The notes below the pieces were generated by a model. The model made no database searches. It worked only from the letters and a program-made list of their open reading frames with translations, and was not told the DNA's origin. DNA of 63,770 nt, filler included, from Pelomyxa schiedti (taxonomy: Eukaryota; Protista; Evosea): NCBI GenBank assembly GCA_020536535.1. It is 11 parts of 11 records of this genome, joined end to end, with 100 filler letters (N's around TTAATTAATTAA, not from the genome) between each part and the next. Parts side by side here need not be neighbours in the genome. Positions count along the whole stretch, not along the records: positions 17,245 to 38,268 come from JAHLWZ010001079.1; positions 38,369 to 39,970 come from JAHLWZ010002393.1; positions 40,071 to 46,267 come from JAHLWZ010001441.1; positions 46,368 to 50,743 come from JAHLWZ010001599.1; 7 more parts are not named here. One strand, written 5' to 3'. The position numbers and the translations under genes are program-made. Below are positions 34,401-46,398 of this stretch, piece after piece; the first letter of the stretch is position 1; every line of letters begins with the position of its first letter.

Positions 34401-36664
34401 ACCCCCAGGGTGCCTTCCTCTTCCTTACTCTTACCAAAGGTATTCTCTGATGTTGCCGTTATCACTGAGGCAGCTGGGAAAAGATTTTACCTTAAAGCTT
34501 TCATTCCTTTTGAGGAAATTCATACTGTAGAACTTCCGCGAACCCTAAGTATGTAGATGTGAAAAAGATTTTCCATCATGGGTAAATCATCATTCAGCTT
34601 TACAATGCGCATTTGAGATTAAGAAAATATGCCGTGAGGAACAAGAGCGAATGGATTTTGTATTTTGTACACCCAGTGACCAAACCAAATCTCTGGTGCT
34701 GAGGCTGATTACTGAGGGTGGCAAGGTCTATCATACCAGGCAGTACCTCAAATGTCTCATCTAATGTGCAACACAGACCTGTGAACAAGATATATATAAG
34801 GAATATGATACAAGAAAATCCATACTTTCCCGTGTGGTCCCAACAAAAAAACCCAGAGCACAACAGCTAATATCTCTTGAAGATTGGTTTGAGAAAACAT
34901 CAAGCGCATACATTTCGTTCCTTAAGGAACTTGTACTGCCTATACACACATTCACGGAGCAAATAACTTGCAGTCTTACTTGTGGCAAAATTGTGTCTAA
35001 ACAATTCCTTTCTGAGACAACCTATGATAGTGTTCACGTTATCCCTCTTGAAATAGGTACCTTTTTTTTTTTTACTTCAAATGCCTATTGACTACGAAAA
35101 AGGGTTGATTATTCAAGTGAAATCTAAAGTGGTTGAGTTCATTCCACTCACAGCACAATCAAAACTAAGGTTCTTTGTTCGTAAAGGAAAACCAACCTAA
35201 CACGGGAAAAAAGTGAACAAGAATCGGATGTAGTAATAAGCATTCCCGAAAATGGCCGAACATTCTGGTTTCAGAATATTCTTCCTTGTTCGCCAGCTCG
35301 TTTCATCAATGAACTACATGACGTTGCGATAAGGTGCTCTTCCAATTTTAGTGCACTCATTTCAGTGTCTACGACACTCTTCAACTCCCGATGTATCTTG
35401 GGGACTGTGCAGCTTCAGAAACCGGTTTCTTTTTCACATGATACCTATGCTAAATTCGTTTAATCTTGGCCAGGTTGGGAAAGGGGGTTTTGCTGAAGGT
35501 CTGATCTTTATCATATTAACTCCTTCAATGTTCTTACCAGTTTGTAGTGTGGCAAGGTGCCACTGCAGATGGCACCCCAGTAGCTGCAAAAAAGTTTTTT
35601 TCACTGTCAATTTGTTCGACTTACCCCCAAATAGGTTGTATGACTATCGATTTTTAGAAAGTGATGCTAGAAAGGAGGTACATTCATTCGCTCTCGGTCT
35701 CAGTATCACCAAATCTTCAAGTTTCTTAGAGAGGCTCTTCTTCTTCATGATCTTTCAGGTGAACCCGGAATTTTGAAATTTATGGGGGTTTGCCTTAATC
35801 CTCCCCGTGAAAAGGGCATATGTACGTCTTCATACTCCCGACCAGAGAAAGTGATAATAGTGGCTTTGCAGGGATGGTTACTGAATGGTGCTCTTGTGGA
35901 TCTCTAGACAAAATTATTTTTTCTGAACCATACCGACAAGCACTGGACTTGAAAAAGTCTTTGAATATTCTGAAGAATGTAGTTCAGAACAAGTATTCAA
36001 CCTCCATTAACCTGTCAAAAGGTTTGCTCCGCACTTGTCACTCTCCATAAGCGTATGATCATTCATCGGGACCTTAAGCCTGAAAGTAAGTTTCTTCCTA
36101 CAATACTTCCTCCAACCACTGCCTAGACATTCTTCTGCGTAACCTTGACACATGGGATGTGAGAATATGTGACCTAGGCTTATCTCGCTTTGCCCAAAGA
36201 AATAAAACATTGTCACAAGACAACACACCAAAACTGACCGGTCACATCTGTGGCACATTCGGGTGTGTTTCAAACTCCAAAATTCAACTTCCACTGATCA
36301 CCCACAGGTATGCGGCACCTGAACTTTTCGAACAGCATCACGACCACAAAGTTGACGTGTTTGCCTGGGCCCTCATAATGCGGGAGGTACTAAGCGGAAC
36401 GAGAACAACGGACATCTTGACTGTGCCGAAACAGGAGTGGAGTGCCAGGCCGAGGTATACCTCCTGTTTTACAATCCCTCACTCTTTGTGCTTATACTTC
36501 ATTCATAAAGAGAAGTCATGGCAACTCTTATGCCTGTTGAATGGCCGCTTGTACTCCGGAGACTGATTCTTCAGTGCTGCTCGTACTATCCGGCACTAAG
36601 ACCTTCCTTTCAGGAATGTTACCGCACCATTGTGGCGCTGCAACAAACACTAGGCTTTTGTTGA
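28425..36664 (+). CDS. Large multi-exon signalling gene: Pro/Thr-rich N-terminus, DOCK-type C2 + ARM region, DH-PH (RhoGEF-like), C-terminal TKL kinase; single-gene status not proven
   Basis: C2-DOCK-like APFDEQVRINIPLNHLSPVYLYLTL (~30715); DOCK ARM-like EILKFLPPILTQLFYVL (~31280); DH-like KNFFQNEEAYIAKLQ (~33590); PH-like VFSDVAVITEAAGKRFYLKAFIPF (~34440); kinase motifs from ~35473. Confidence 0.55.
35473..36664 (+). CDS. TKL-group protein kinase domain (C-terminal part of the locus above)
   Basis: Spliced VGKGGFAE|VWQGATADGTPVAAKK, FLREALLL, KFMGVCLNPP, MVTEWCSCGSL, HRDLKPE|N, DLGLSRF, GTFG|YAAPE, KVDVFAWA, RPSFQEC. Confidence 0.9.
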
Positions 36665-36716
36665 GTTTTAAAAAGAATTTTTGTAACGTGGTGAAGGAAG
36701 GTGTTATGGTTGCTGG

Positions 36717-38102
36717 TCAATACTTAATGATAAAGTTTAACACCAAGGACGGTGGGATCAACGCAAGGGGGTTGTTTTCGCCGTTAGAGGTGATGTCGAA
36801 AGTGTGGGCGTGATCTCCACTCTCCCTCATAAAATCAGTTCGCTCACCGTAGGCGTTCCCCTCCCGTGTCCAGGCTGGGTATAAACAAGACGGCATCGTA
36901 GACCCAGAGATCCTTGAACCGCAAGATTTGTGGGAATGCATGCCAGTGGTGGAGGTGGTCACACGCCCACCGTGATTGTGGGCTGGCATCTCAGCCACAG
37001 TGAGGGTGTGTGTTGCACTTCCAATTGCCTCGCCAATTTTAGTGTTCGTGGTCCCCATGCCCACAACAGAGCGATCGCGCAGGTCAGGCAACTTTCCCTG
37101 TTGGCCAAATCGCGCACCAAGAAGATAGGCGAGTGGTCGTTGCTCCGGAGACCCGGTATCTAGTACGCGTCCATCACACAATGCCCACCCTGGCGGAGCC
37201 ACATCGCCGGCAAAGGGCATTATAGCACCGGTTGGTAGGGTCAACTCTGCTTTGAGGTTCTGCAACATTCGGGCGTGTTGTTCTTCATAGCGTTGTTGAA
37301 ATTGCTGGAGCATATTGATTGCAGGATATAATTGTTTGAACAGGCAGGATTCCAGGTGAGCGGAAATTGCAGAGCGTTTGCCTAGATAGTTGGTGAGATA
37401 TAAAAGAACAGTATTATGATGAGCGGGAACCCACCAACCCATGAACAACCAATAACATTTTCTATACAGTGGATTTCTTTCATAGGACAATCCTTATCTT
37501 CATGACATTGCTGGTTTATTGGTGCAACTTGAGCACTACAGCCAAGAGTGCACGCTAGTTATAGTTGAGGTAACCAATATGATGCTACGGAAATGGGAAT
37601 TTGCAGACCTGTTGGACATATTTGCATATGTGCTTCAAGGTCTTTCCTCATAAACTGCTTCTTGCACTCATGTGTGCACGTTAATTGGAAATTCGGGCAG
37701 TTTTCATTGTTGTGCTGCTCTTGATTGCTAGCAGGTAATACGGCACCACATCCGTTACTGCATGCTGCGTTATTACCTCAGAAAAAGAAATATATGTAGC
37801 AATCCTTACCGCGAGGGCATATCCAAATATGCTCCTTGGAGTTGATAGACTTTCTTTTCAGGGATACCTTGCAAAAGGTGCAAGGAATGACAAAATCAGG
37901 GCACACTTTCGAGTGTTGATCAATTGTTGTTGGGTCATACTTGTCACCACATCCAAATTTGCACACTATCCCTTATATTGAGAAAAATAGCCACAAAAGA
38001 CAAGGAAAACAAACCCACAGGGCAGTGTTCAATGTGCACCACTAGGGTGTCCCTGTTCATTTCATCCTTGCAATTAGGACACCTCACCATAAAAGCAGCA
38101 AG
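36717..38102 (-). CDS. TRAF-type zinc-finger repeat + coiled-coil protein fused to a phage tail-collar domain; 5'-truncated, 4 introns
   Basis: Exons give CPNCKDEMNRDTLVVHIEHCP, CKFGCGDK..QHSKVCPDFVIPCTFC..EHIWICP, CSNGCG..QHNNENCPNFQLTCTHEC..EAHMQICP, CTLGC..CHEDKDCPMKEIHCIENVIGC..SAHLESC; then a helical Q-rich linker; then LPTGAIMPFAGDVAPPGWALCDG...LPDLRDR..VG...GSATHTLTVAEMPAHNH...IPPSLVLNFIIKY*. Confidence 0.85.
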
Positions 38103-38167
38103 CTACACACCAACAAACACCATTAGTCCAACACCCATTTCCCCATTTAAAAAAATTGAAGCACCCC

Positions 38168-38268
<101 letters not shown>

Positions 38269-39028
38269 NNNNNNNNNNNNNNNNNNNNNNNNNNNNNNNN
38301 NNNNNNNNNNNNTTAATTAATTAANNNNNNNNNNNNNNNNNNNNNNNNNNNNNNNNNNNNNNNNNNNNTGTCTTGGGGGTTTTTCTTGCTGTTTGTGCGT
38401 GTCGACTGCTGTCCATAAAACTATCACCAATACACCAGCGAACAAAACACTAACTGTAAGATCCCCACCGGCACGTGCCGCTCGCCCTTAGTAGTGCTAC
38501 TTGTTTTTGAATAATGATCTGGATCTCACCAGAGGCAATTTGCCCGGCTCTGCAACTGCGCCCCTTCGGAGAACTGGATCGATCAGATCAGAAAGCCTCA
38601 GTGTTCCTGTGGGGCTGTCCCTCAGTTGGTGACAATTCTCCTCGACGCACACCGTCCTTCAACGCTTTCCTAAGTCTTCCCAACTGTCCGATGAAGGAAT
38701 GAAGGAAGGAAACCTCTCGTTTGGGCTTCCAAGCCAACCCATAAGACTAGTGGTGGTGCATTTGTACTTCACGGTTTCTGGGAAGAAACCGCCATTGCTT
38801 CTTGCTGATAATACCGGATGATTGAGATGTCGCTGGAGGAGGGGACTTCGAAGCCAGCAGCCCAACAGGAGCCCGCCTTCACCGAGATTCCCCAGCCTTC
38901 GAAGCCACCGTTGGCTTCGAATTTCGCAGCCTCTTTGATCCAGTGAAGGATTTCCGTTCCCACGCGAACTTAAAAAAACTAAAAAAAAAAAAAACCGCAC
39001 CGAGCCGCCTCCGGTTTCTTGTAGGTCC

Positions 39029-39970
39029 ATGGGCCCCTCAGCGGTGTTGTTATTATGGGTTGCAGCGGTTGCGACGGTTGGATGTTTCGTCGTCGAGCCC
39101 GGGGACGGTGTAGTGACAGTGTTTTATAGTAGCACCAGTTGGTCACAAGTGTATATTCATTATGACTGTGGGCTTACGGGGGTGTGGACTACTTCCCCTG
39201 GTGTGGCTATGTCAGTCAGCACCAATACCTCTTACTTATAGTATGTTCCCGGTTTTGATTTTTTTTTCAGTACTCTGATACTAATACTTTGGGTTGGGGG
39301 TGCATTCGTATTTTTCCAATCCTTCCTTTTTAGTCCTCCTTGGTGGGTGGCATACTTACCATGCAATGGCCTGGAATTTGTATTTAATAATGGGGCTGGA
39401 ACTTGGGACAACAACGGCGGTAGTAACTACAAAGCCACGCTTCCTGGAATGTACTTACTGCATGTGCAATATAAATGACGGGGCTCACTTTTTTTTTCCA
39501 CTAGTTACACTGTTGCAAGTGGGACCTTGACAACAATTCAAACCTTCTCCAAAGGTTGTGTTGATGACTGCAACTCACATGGCACGTGCACCTCCTCTTT
39601 TGATTGCGTTTGTGACTCTGGCTGGTACGGCTCCTACTGTAGCTGCGGAGGTGATGCTCCTTGCAACAAGCACGGCTCTTGTGATGCCGGTAGTTCCCTC
39701 TCACAATTTATCTCTTTCTAATTAACGTTTGTAACAAAGCTGGGAATTGCGTTTGTGACGAAGGATATTCTACCTGCAACGACGGGGAAGAATGCCTCTA
39801 TGATGTTAGTGAAGATCCCTATAACTGTGGTATACCATCACATTTCTCTGATTACTTTTTCATAAGTGCCTCAGGTTCGTGTGGATCAGAGTGCCTTGTC
39901 ACAGGCGGCGTTGCTTCGGCTGTGTGTTCTAATGGGCAGTGTACACGCACTTGCCTTGAGAACTGTAAAA
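39029..39970 (+). CDS. Secreted CBM25/26-like starch-binding module + EGF-like repeats, 3'-truncated
   Basis: Signal peptide MGPSAVLLLWVAAVATVG; VTVFYSSTSWSQVYIHY..WTTSPGVAM..|WWVAYLPCNGLEFVFNNGAGTWDNNGGSNY; then CVDDCNSHGTCTSSFDCVCDSGWYGSYC, PCNKHGSCD..CVCDEGY, DPYNCGSCGSEC. Confidence 0.75.
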
Positions 39971-40153
39971 NNNNNNNNNNNNNNNNNNNNNNNNNNNNNN
40001 NNNNNNNNNNNNNNTTAATTAATTAANNNNNNNNNNNNNNNNNNNNNNNNNNNNNNNNNNNNNNNNNNNNAAACGAAAACGAAAGACAAAGAAATCAAAA
40101 AAACAACAAGCAACAGGAGCAACATCCCCTCAGCAACCAAACAATAATCACAA

Positions 40154-41033
40154 ATGGCCGCAGCACTGACACCAGAACAGACCCAACAACTCCAGGATGC
40201 CTTCAACCTCTTCGATGTCAACCGTGCGTAACCTTTTTTTTTTTCCCCTTGTTCTCTGTTTTTTTGTCTTTGTCCCACTATTTGTTTTGTTGGTTTTTTC
40301 CTTGTAACCGTTTGGCAATAGACGATGGTAAAATTGACGCATCCGAGCTTACACGAGTCATGATCAACCTCGGCCAGAAACCAACCGAGCAGGAAGTTCG
40401 CGACATGATTCACGATGTATGTTCCACACTTTAATTAAATTAATTTAAGAAAAACTTGAATATGTATTGATTCTTTAGTGCTGGTTCCTGGCATTAACAT
40501 TAACGCCAACCATCAATAACCAATTACACAAATTCCCTTTGTGAAGGGAGCGATTATTGTAGTTATATTTGTGGGCAACGAACTCATTATTTAAATAGGT
40601 TGACACCGATGGAAACGGCACCGTCGACTTCGAGGAATTCGTCCAAATGATGTCCAAGACCATGACAACACAGTCAAAGGAGGCCCAACTTAAAAACGCC
40701 TTTGACATCTTCGATGCTGACCACGACGGCTGTATGCCTCCTTACATTCCATCAAATTAGTTATTCACCATCTATCTACAGTCATCACCGCCGAAGAACT
40801 CAAGAGGGGAATGGCAGCAATGGGCGAGACTCTCACCGCCGCCGATATCAAGAGCATGATTCTCGATGCTGGTACGAATACTCCCACACAAATATCGGAT
40901 TCTATTATAACCTTTCAAACCCACCGGCAAACCTTAATAATCACATAAATTATATATTCACTAATACTCCCTAGATATGAACGACGACGGCAAGATTGAC
41001 TTTGCCGAGTTCTGCCGCATGATGAAGGACTAG
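40154..41033 (+). CDS. Calmodulin-like protein, 4 EF-hands, 4 introns
   Basis: MAAALTPEQTQQLQDAFNLFDVN|.DGKIDASEL..LGQKPTEQEVRDMIHD|VDTDGNGTVDFEEF..AFDIFDADHDG|.ITAEEL..|DMNDDGKIDFAEFCRMMKD*. Divergent from canonical calmodulin. Confidence 0.88.
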
Positions 41034-41162
41034 AAAAACTCCTACAAACAATTACATAAAACTAGTGAACAAAACAAAAAAAAAAAACCTCTATATCACT
41101 AGCTCCATTTTCCCTCTTCTTCTAAGAACAAAATTTGGGAAAGAACAGAACTTCTTTTTTGC

Positions 41163-44139
41163 TTAGAACATAAGGGATATTTTGCAGAATGGGCTGGCTT
41201 TGCCACTTCCTTCAGGGGTCATAACAAGCACAGCTGGTGTCTCTGTGCCTTGTGCTCCCTTTGGAATGCACGGCTGATCGCACACGTAATATCCTCTTCT
41301 CTCCAGCTGCATTTGAGTACCGCGAGGTACAAGCCGTAGGTTGCTGTCACCAACGGCCACGGTGCGCTGTACGCTGACGGGGTTGATGAACTGAGTGAAG
41401 TCTTGGCCTTCCTCTAGTTTCTTCACGGTGATGAGGTGGTCATATTCCGTGAGTGTAACTTGCAGTGGGGAGTTCTCGTTCAGGGCTGCTGCAACCCAGG
41501 TAAGCTTCTTGGTCTTCTTGAATGAACCGCCGGGGTTGAGGTGCGCAGTGGCGCGAATTGCGGGTGTTGCTAGTGTTGGCGCTGGGGTTGGTGTGGGACC
41601 GGGTGTGGTGGGTGGAAGTGTGGCCGGGAGGCTGTCAATGATCACGTTGCCCCAGTCCATTAGAGTAACTTCCTCTCCAACCTTGAGCTCTGCAAGGTCC
41701 TATAAAGGTTGTTCGTGAGTTTAGTTTATTGGAACGCGGAGCGAACCTGTGGTTCTATGTATACTTCCCGATAGTAAGTTACCATCTTGGTTCCCAGGGA
41801 AGCATTCTTCTTGTGTTTTGGTTGTGATTTTGCCCATGGAGCCTCTGGGGCATCAGTAATGGTGAGAATGCATGGCTGAGGTTCAATACTAACAGCAGTA
41901 TAGCGAGGCACAATTGGATCGATAACTTTTTTGTTTGTGGTCTGTATACAGTTAGAAGGCCCACAACAACTCCTGCATACCCAAAGTTTTTCCATAGACA
42001 TGAGATTCAAACTCTTTGAGCCTCCTTGAGAAAGAGCAAATGCCCGCATTGCCTGTATGGACAGACCACGTCGGATAAGACCTTGCACAGTAGGAAACCG
42101 GGGATCGTCCCACCCATCCACGATACCTTCTCAAGTCAGAAAAAATTTGACAGCTAGAATCAGCACCATTGTCAACAAACCACTGAAGCTTGCGCTTGGA
42201 TAGAAGGACGTACGCGAAATTAAGTCTGCTGAAGTCCTCAATGATTGGTGACCTGATGCCCAGTACTTTAGGTACCCAGTAGTATAACGCATTCCTGTCA
42301 TGGTACTCGCTTGATCTGAAGATTGGGGGTGAGAGGGGTCACTCTAGGAAATCCCTTACCGCAACGCGTGAGTCACACCCTCAACGCAGTCTACAATAGG
42401 AATAGCAAAGTCGTACAGTGGGTAACTGGCATACTTAGTTCCAGTACGGTGGTGAGGAGTACTGTTGCACCGCCACAACGAGGGGTCTCTCAAAACCTAT
42501 TTTAACTTCAGTGGAACAGAGCAAAAAGTAATACAAAAGTTACCTTATTGGGATTTTGCATGTCGATTTTCGCGCGAAGCACGCATTTCTGACCCTCAGG
42601 TGTGCCAGAAAGCATCTCACTCCAAAGGGCCATGTTTTGTTCAACTGTTTGGTTTCTGCGAAGGAATAAGATCATAGAAAGGTCCTGGGGGGAATTAAGT
42701 TACCTGCAGGGTGACTCTATACCATCCTTCCTGCCAGCTTTCATTGCCTCTCTAGAGATGTTATCGACGTAGGCCTTTCCTTCTGCAATGAGCTTTTCTG
42801 CCTGAAACCCAAATGTTAAGAAACGCATTTGTTTGTTTGTTTAAAACCTTTTCACGAAGCATATCAAAATGATCAGAAGTGTAGGAGATAGCATCTGCCA
42901 CAATTCCAACCGTCTTGAGATCAGCTATAATACTTTCTATGTACTCTACTTTTTCTTTGGCTACGCCAATGTAAATGAGAGTATAAGGGGCGACCTACGT
43001 ACAAGGATTGGTATCATCGAATCTGAGAAGGAGTTTTCCCTGGTAGTGCCGTGCGTAGTAGTCATTCAACAAAGCTGCTTTGATGTGTCCAATGTGAAGA
43101 TATCCACTAGGTTCGGGAGGGAAGCGAGTTACTACAACTCCTGATCCCAGGGAGTCCCCGCCAGTCAATGCTGCAATTTCTTCTGTTTCAGTTTCTGTTT
43201 CGCCTTTCACCCCAACAAGGCGCCTTTGTCCTTGAGACCCCATCAGCGACTTTTGTGGTGCAGCCGCAGTTGGTGCAGTACTAGCAGTACTCGAAGTAGT
43301 TGCAGTAGTGGCCGTGTTGTTTGGTTGAGTAGTGGCTTTGGGTTTTGGGGCTGGAGCAACATGGAGACCAGGAAGACGCTTGATGGATGCGAACCAAGCT
43401 GAAGTGCGAGGATTCTTGTTGTTTGGCGCAAATGCACTGTTCGAGGCCAAAACGCTGTAAAGGCGCGCATCCCACACAGTAGGTGCAATCCCACAACACC
43501 AAGGGCCACCTGCTGCAAGGTGACTATTGAAAGCAACAACATGTGGGAGAATTTCATCTGCTGTTTCTGATTTTTGTTAGGGAAAAATAAAACAAGCTCC
43601 ACGACAAACTAGCGTCACTGAATCCATGGCAAAGAGTTTCCAAAGTGGTAATGGTGCTGTCGTAAGCAGGCAGTCCAAGTGCCGCGGAAATAGCAACTGC
43701 AACAGTGAGGTCGTCGTCCCCTGCACATTCTGTCGCTGTCCCGTCGGCACATTTGATAACCTTGGCGTGGAAAGCCTGTGGAGGGGCGGGTGTCCCGGAA
43801 ACCACAAACTTGGTCTCGGACTGCGGGCAAACGGCGCAAATCACCTGACACAGAAGAAGCTTCCCCGGTTGCGGTTTTGGATGCGTAAGAGTAATCTGAT
43901 ACCTAACGTCGTCTTTCAACAAAAAAAAAAAGTTGGGAGAAAACCAGCGCATCTGTTACAGCAATAGGGGGAGGAAGAAAGCAGCAACAACAAAAAAAAA
44001 GAGATCTCACGTACGCGACGACCTTGGGTGCCTCTTCTTTCTCCTTCTTTGGTTGCTTTGCTGGTCCCTTGGCCTTCGGCGCTGTAGTCGTTGGTGCCGC
44101 TGCGGCTGTCGTAGATTCGGGTGCGTTCTTCGTCGCCAT
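41163..44139 (-). CDS. GUS1: Cytosolic glutamyl-tRNA synthetase with N-terminal GST-like extension, multi-exon, not fused to ProRS
   Basis: [24 protein letters not shown] (HIGH), [17 protein letters not shown] (KMSKS equivalent), [28 protein letters not shown]. Starts MATKNAPE; the exact 3' end may be spliced. Confidence 0.92.
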
Positions 44140-44399
44140 TTGTTTTTGAATAGCCTTTTTGATTGTAACAAAAAAAAANNNNNNNNNNNNNNNNNNNNNN
44201 NNNNNNNNNNNNNNNNNNNNNNNNNNNNNNNNNNNNNNNNNNNNNNNNNNNNNNNNNNNNNNNNNNNNNNNNNNNNNNTTGCTGGTCCCTTGGCCTTCGG
44301 CGCTGTAGTCGTTGGTGCCGCTGCGGCTGTCGTAGATTCGGGTGCGTTCTTCGTCGCCATTTGTTTTTGAATAGCCTTTTTGATTGTAACAAAAAAAAA
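44058..44399. repeat. ~121-bp sequence duplicated on both sides of a 100-N scaffold gap (unmerged overlap; duplicates the GluRS start codon)
   Basis: 44058-44178 is identical to 44279-44399. Confidence 0.9.
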
Positions 44400-44574
44400 T
44401 AACAACTGTAACAAGAATTGAACCTGGCACTGGATTTCCTTCTTTTAATCGAGTTGCTTTCAATCTGAGAACGGTTCCCCCCAAGAATGACTCACCCACA
44501 ATCTTGAGTTCTCCCTCTTCGTGTTCGTGGCACCTGATAATCAAACTTCTCGTAAGCTTCGTTTTTCGGCGATC

Positions 44575-45747
44575 ATGGTGTCGCTTCCCCTTGATGGTGG
44601 TAGGGAGCTGGTTGGGGGTTACCATTATGGGATGGGCCTCAACTATGCCCTCCTCGCACGTGATCAGTTCCTCGCCCTCGCACTCGCCTGCGCCTTCCCT
44701 CGCCGTCGAGGTAGCCCGACCCATAATCGCGGCACCGCGGCCGCGGCCGCCCACGCTGGCGTCCTCCTGCCCCTCGGCGTGCTAATTGAGTCCGTTGGCC
44801 GACCGTGGGTCATGTCCGTATCCCGTCGTTTTGTTGTGGCCTTCAAACTGCCTCGGACTTTGTGTCCTTCTTCATATTCATCACCATCATCACCATCATC
44901 ACCATCATCACCAACAACCAACAGCACAACAGGGGATGCTGACCACATGCTAAACTTGGTGGTTGGTGTGTCTCATGTACTTGGTGTTGTCAGTGTAACG
45001 TGCATTGACCTTGGCCCATCGACCAGGGCTCTTGGCTTCATTGATGGAACCACGTTTGTCTCCAGGGACTACAACGGCCGAAACCTATGTGATTGCTCTC
45101 TTTATGTAATGAGAGCTGCCACGACGGCACCACGAGAAATGGAACCAGAAACACAAACAACAGCCAGGCCAATTTTTGAAGTGGTTCACATGTTGCCCTC
45201 CGAGTGTTCATCGTGGAATGTGGCGTGCAACACCAAGTGGGTGGTGGCATATAACCACAGCCTGTTGAGGATACTGTGCCTAGATAAGCTGGGACTTGTT
45301 GCCAACGGAAAGGAAACAACATCCACCACGTGCCAAGTAGCAACGCCAAATTTCATGCAGTTCATGGGACTATCGGGAGAATTCGTGAGCTTCAGTCATG
45401 GATGCAGCCGTTTCTCGCGTGACTACCGCTGTGACCACATAGCAATTCCGGGCAAGATATGGCGCCAGTATGGAATACTGATTGTGGACCTGGCCCAGTC
45501 TCTCACTAGTGGAAAATGCACATTTACCACAACCATTCCATTTGAGTACAACGCGCCTCTTCACAGTGGAATATGGGTACCACCAAAGCAACAGCAACAA
45601 CAGGAAGGACACGATGACTATACTCTTCTTATAGCAAAAATGACAAAGAAAGCCCTTGTCTGGTTCCCAACACAGTCTGAACACCGACGCTCTGAATTCA
45701 CCATGATGAAGCTGGATAAACATCAGGAAATGGGTTCATGTCTGTAA
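44575..45747 (+). CDS. Divergent 'RCG-module' family protein
   Basis: LARDQFLALALACAF...LGVLIESVGRPWVMSV, VGVSHVLGVV, VACNTKWVVAY, ILIVDLAQSLTSG. The 3' end may continue by splicing. Confidence 0.7.
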   Translation: MVSLPLDGGRELVGGYHYGMGLNYALLARDQFLALALACAFPRRRGSPTHNRGTAAAAAHAGVLLPLGVLIESVGRPWVMSVSRRFVVAFKLPRTLCPSSYSSPSSPSSPSSPTTNSTTGDADHMLNLVVGVSHVLGVVSVTCIDLGPSTRALGFIDGTTFVSRDYNGRNLCDCSLYVMRAATTAPREMEPETQTTARPIFEVVHMLPSECSSWNVACNTKWVVAYNHSLLRILCLDKLGLVANGKETTSTTCQVATPNFMQFMGLSGEFVSFSHGCSRFSRDYRCDHIAIPGKIWRQYGILIVDLAQSLTSGKCTFTTTIPFEYNAPLHSGIWVPPKQQQQQEGHDDYTLLIAKMTKKALVWFPTQSEHRRSEFTMMKLDKHQEMGSCL

Positions 45748-46367
45748 CCACCGAGGTTCCTCTTCACCACATCATCATGGATTCATCAGGGGTACAGATC
45801 ATGAGGCTCACCAATGTATCATCAATCCAGCTGTATCCAATCCCTCCTCAGGATACTGACATCTGAATCCTCTTTTTGCATGGAGTTGCAAAGAAGCCTG
45901 ATCAAATGAGAAAAAATAAACAAAATAAACACGTGCTGATTATTTTATTCCCAAATACCGGGAGAATCGTCTACTCCCAGGATTCGAAGTGGATGATTGT
46001 ACTACTAATTGTGTTATTATTATTCTAAAGAATGTCATCAGAAGGGGAGAAGGCATGTTGAAGAAAGCAAGCATAGTCCAGTTCACTGTAGTCTGTGGCT
46101 TCTCCTTGTGTGCCAATCCCAATAAGGCTTTGTTTCACAATTGCGGTGCTGACAAGATGTAAATGTGCTAAATTGCTCAATTGTGGTGAAACAACAAACC
46201 TTGAAGTGACCAACATTTTTGCCCTCACCTTGCTCTTTTCAGGTGACCACAAGATGAATGCAATCTCNNNNNNNNNNNNNNNNNNNNNNNNNNNNNNNNN
46301 NNNNNNNNNNNTTAATTAATTAANNNNNNNNNNNNNNNNNNNNNNNNNNNNNNNNNNNNNNNNNNNN

Positions 46368-46398
<31 letters not shown>

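Noticed and set aside
36717-37240. Tail-collar domain as evidence of a prophage, endogenous virus or bacterial contamination
   Set aside because: It is in frame with eukaryotic zinc fingers in an intron-containing gene, and there are no other virion, integrase or replication genes nearby.
38400-39030. Possible minus-strand gene whose ATG overlaps the CBM25 gene ATG in a CCATGG palindrome
   Set aside because: The splice phase from that ATG does not join the best-looking downstream frame, so the start and product are unsupported.
44279-44399. Apparent tandem duplication of the GluRS first exon
   Set aside because: It is an exact ~121-bp copy across a scaffold gap, the same pattern as at 10052-10393: an unmerged overlap.
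46368-46398. Poly-G tract as a G-quadruplex element
   Set aside because: It sits at a contig start and may be a sequencing artefact (e.g. two-colour chemistry no-signal G-run); it cannot be evaluated.
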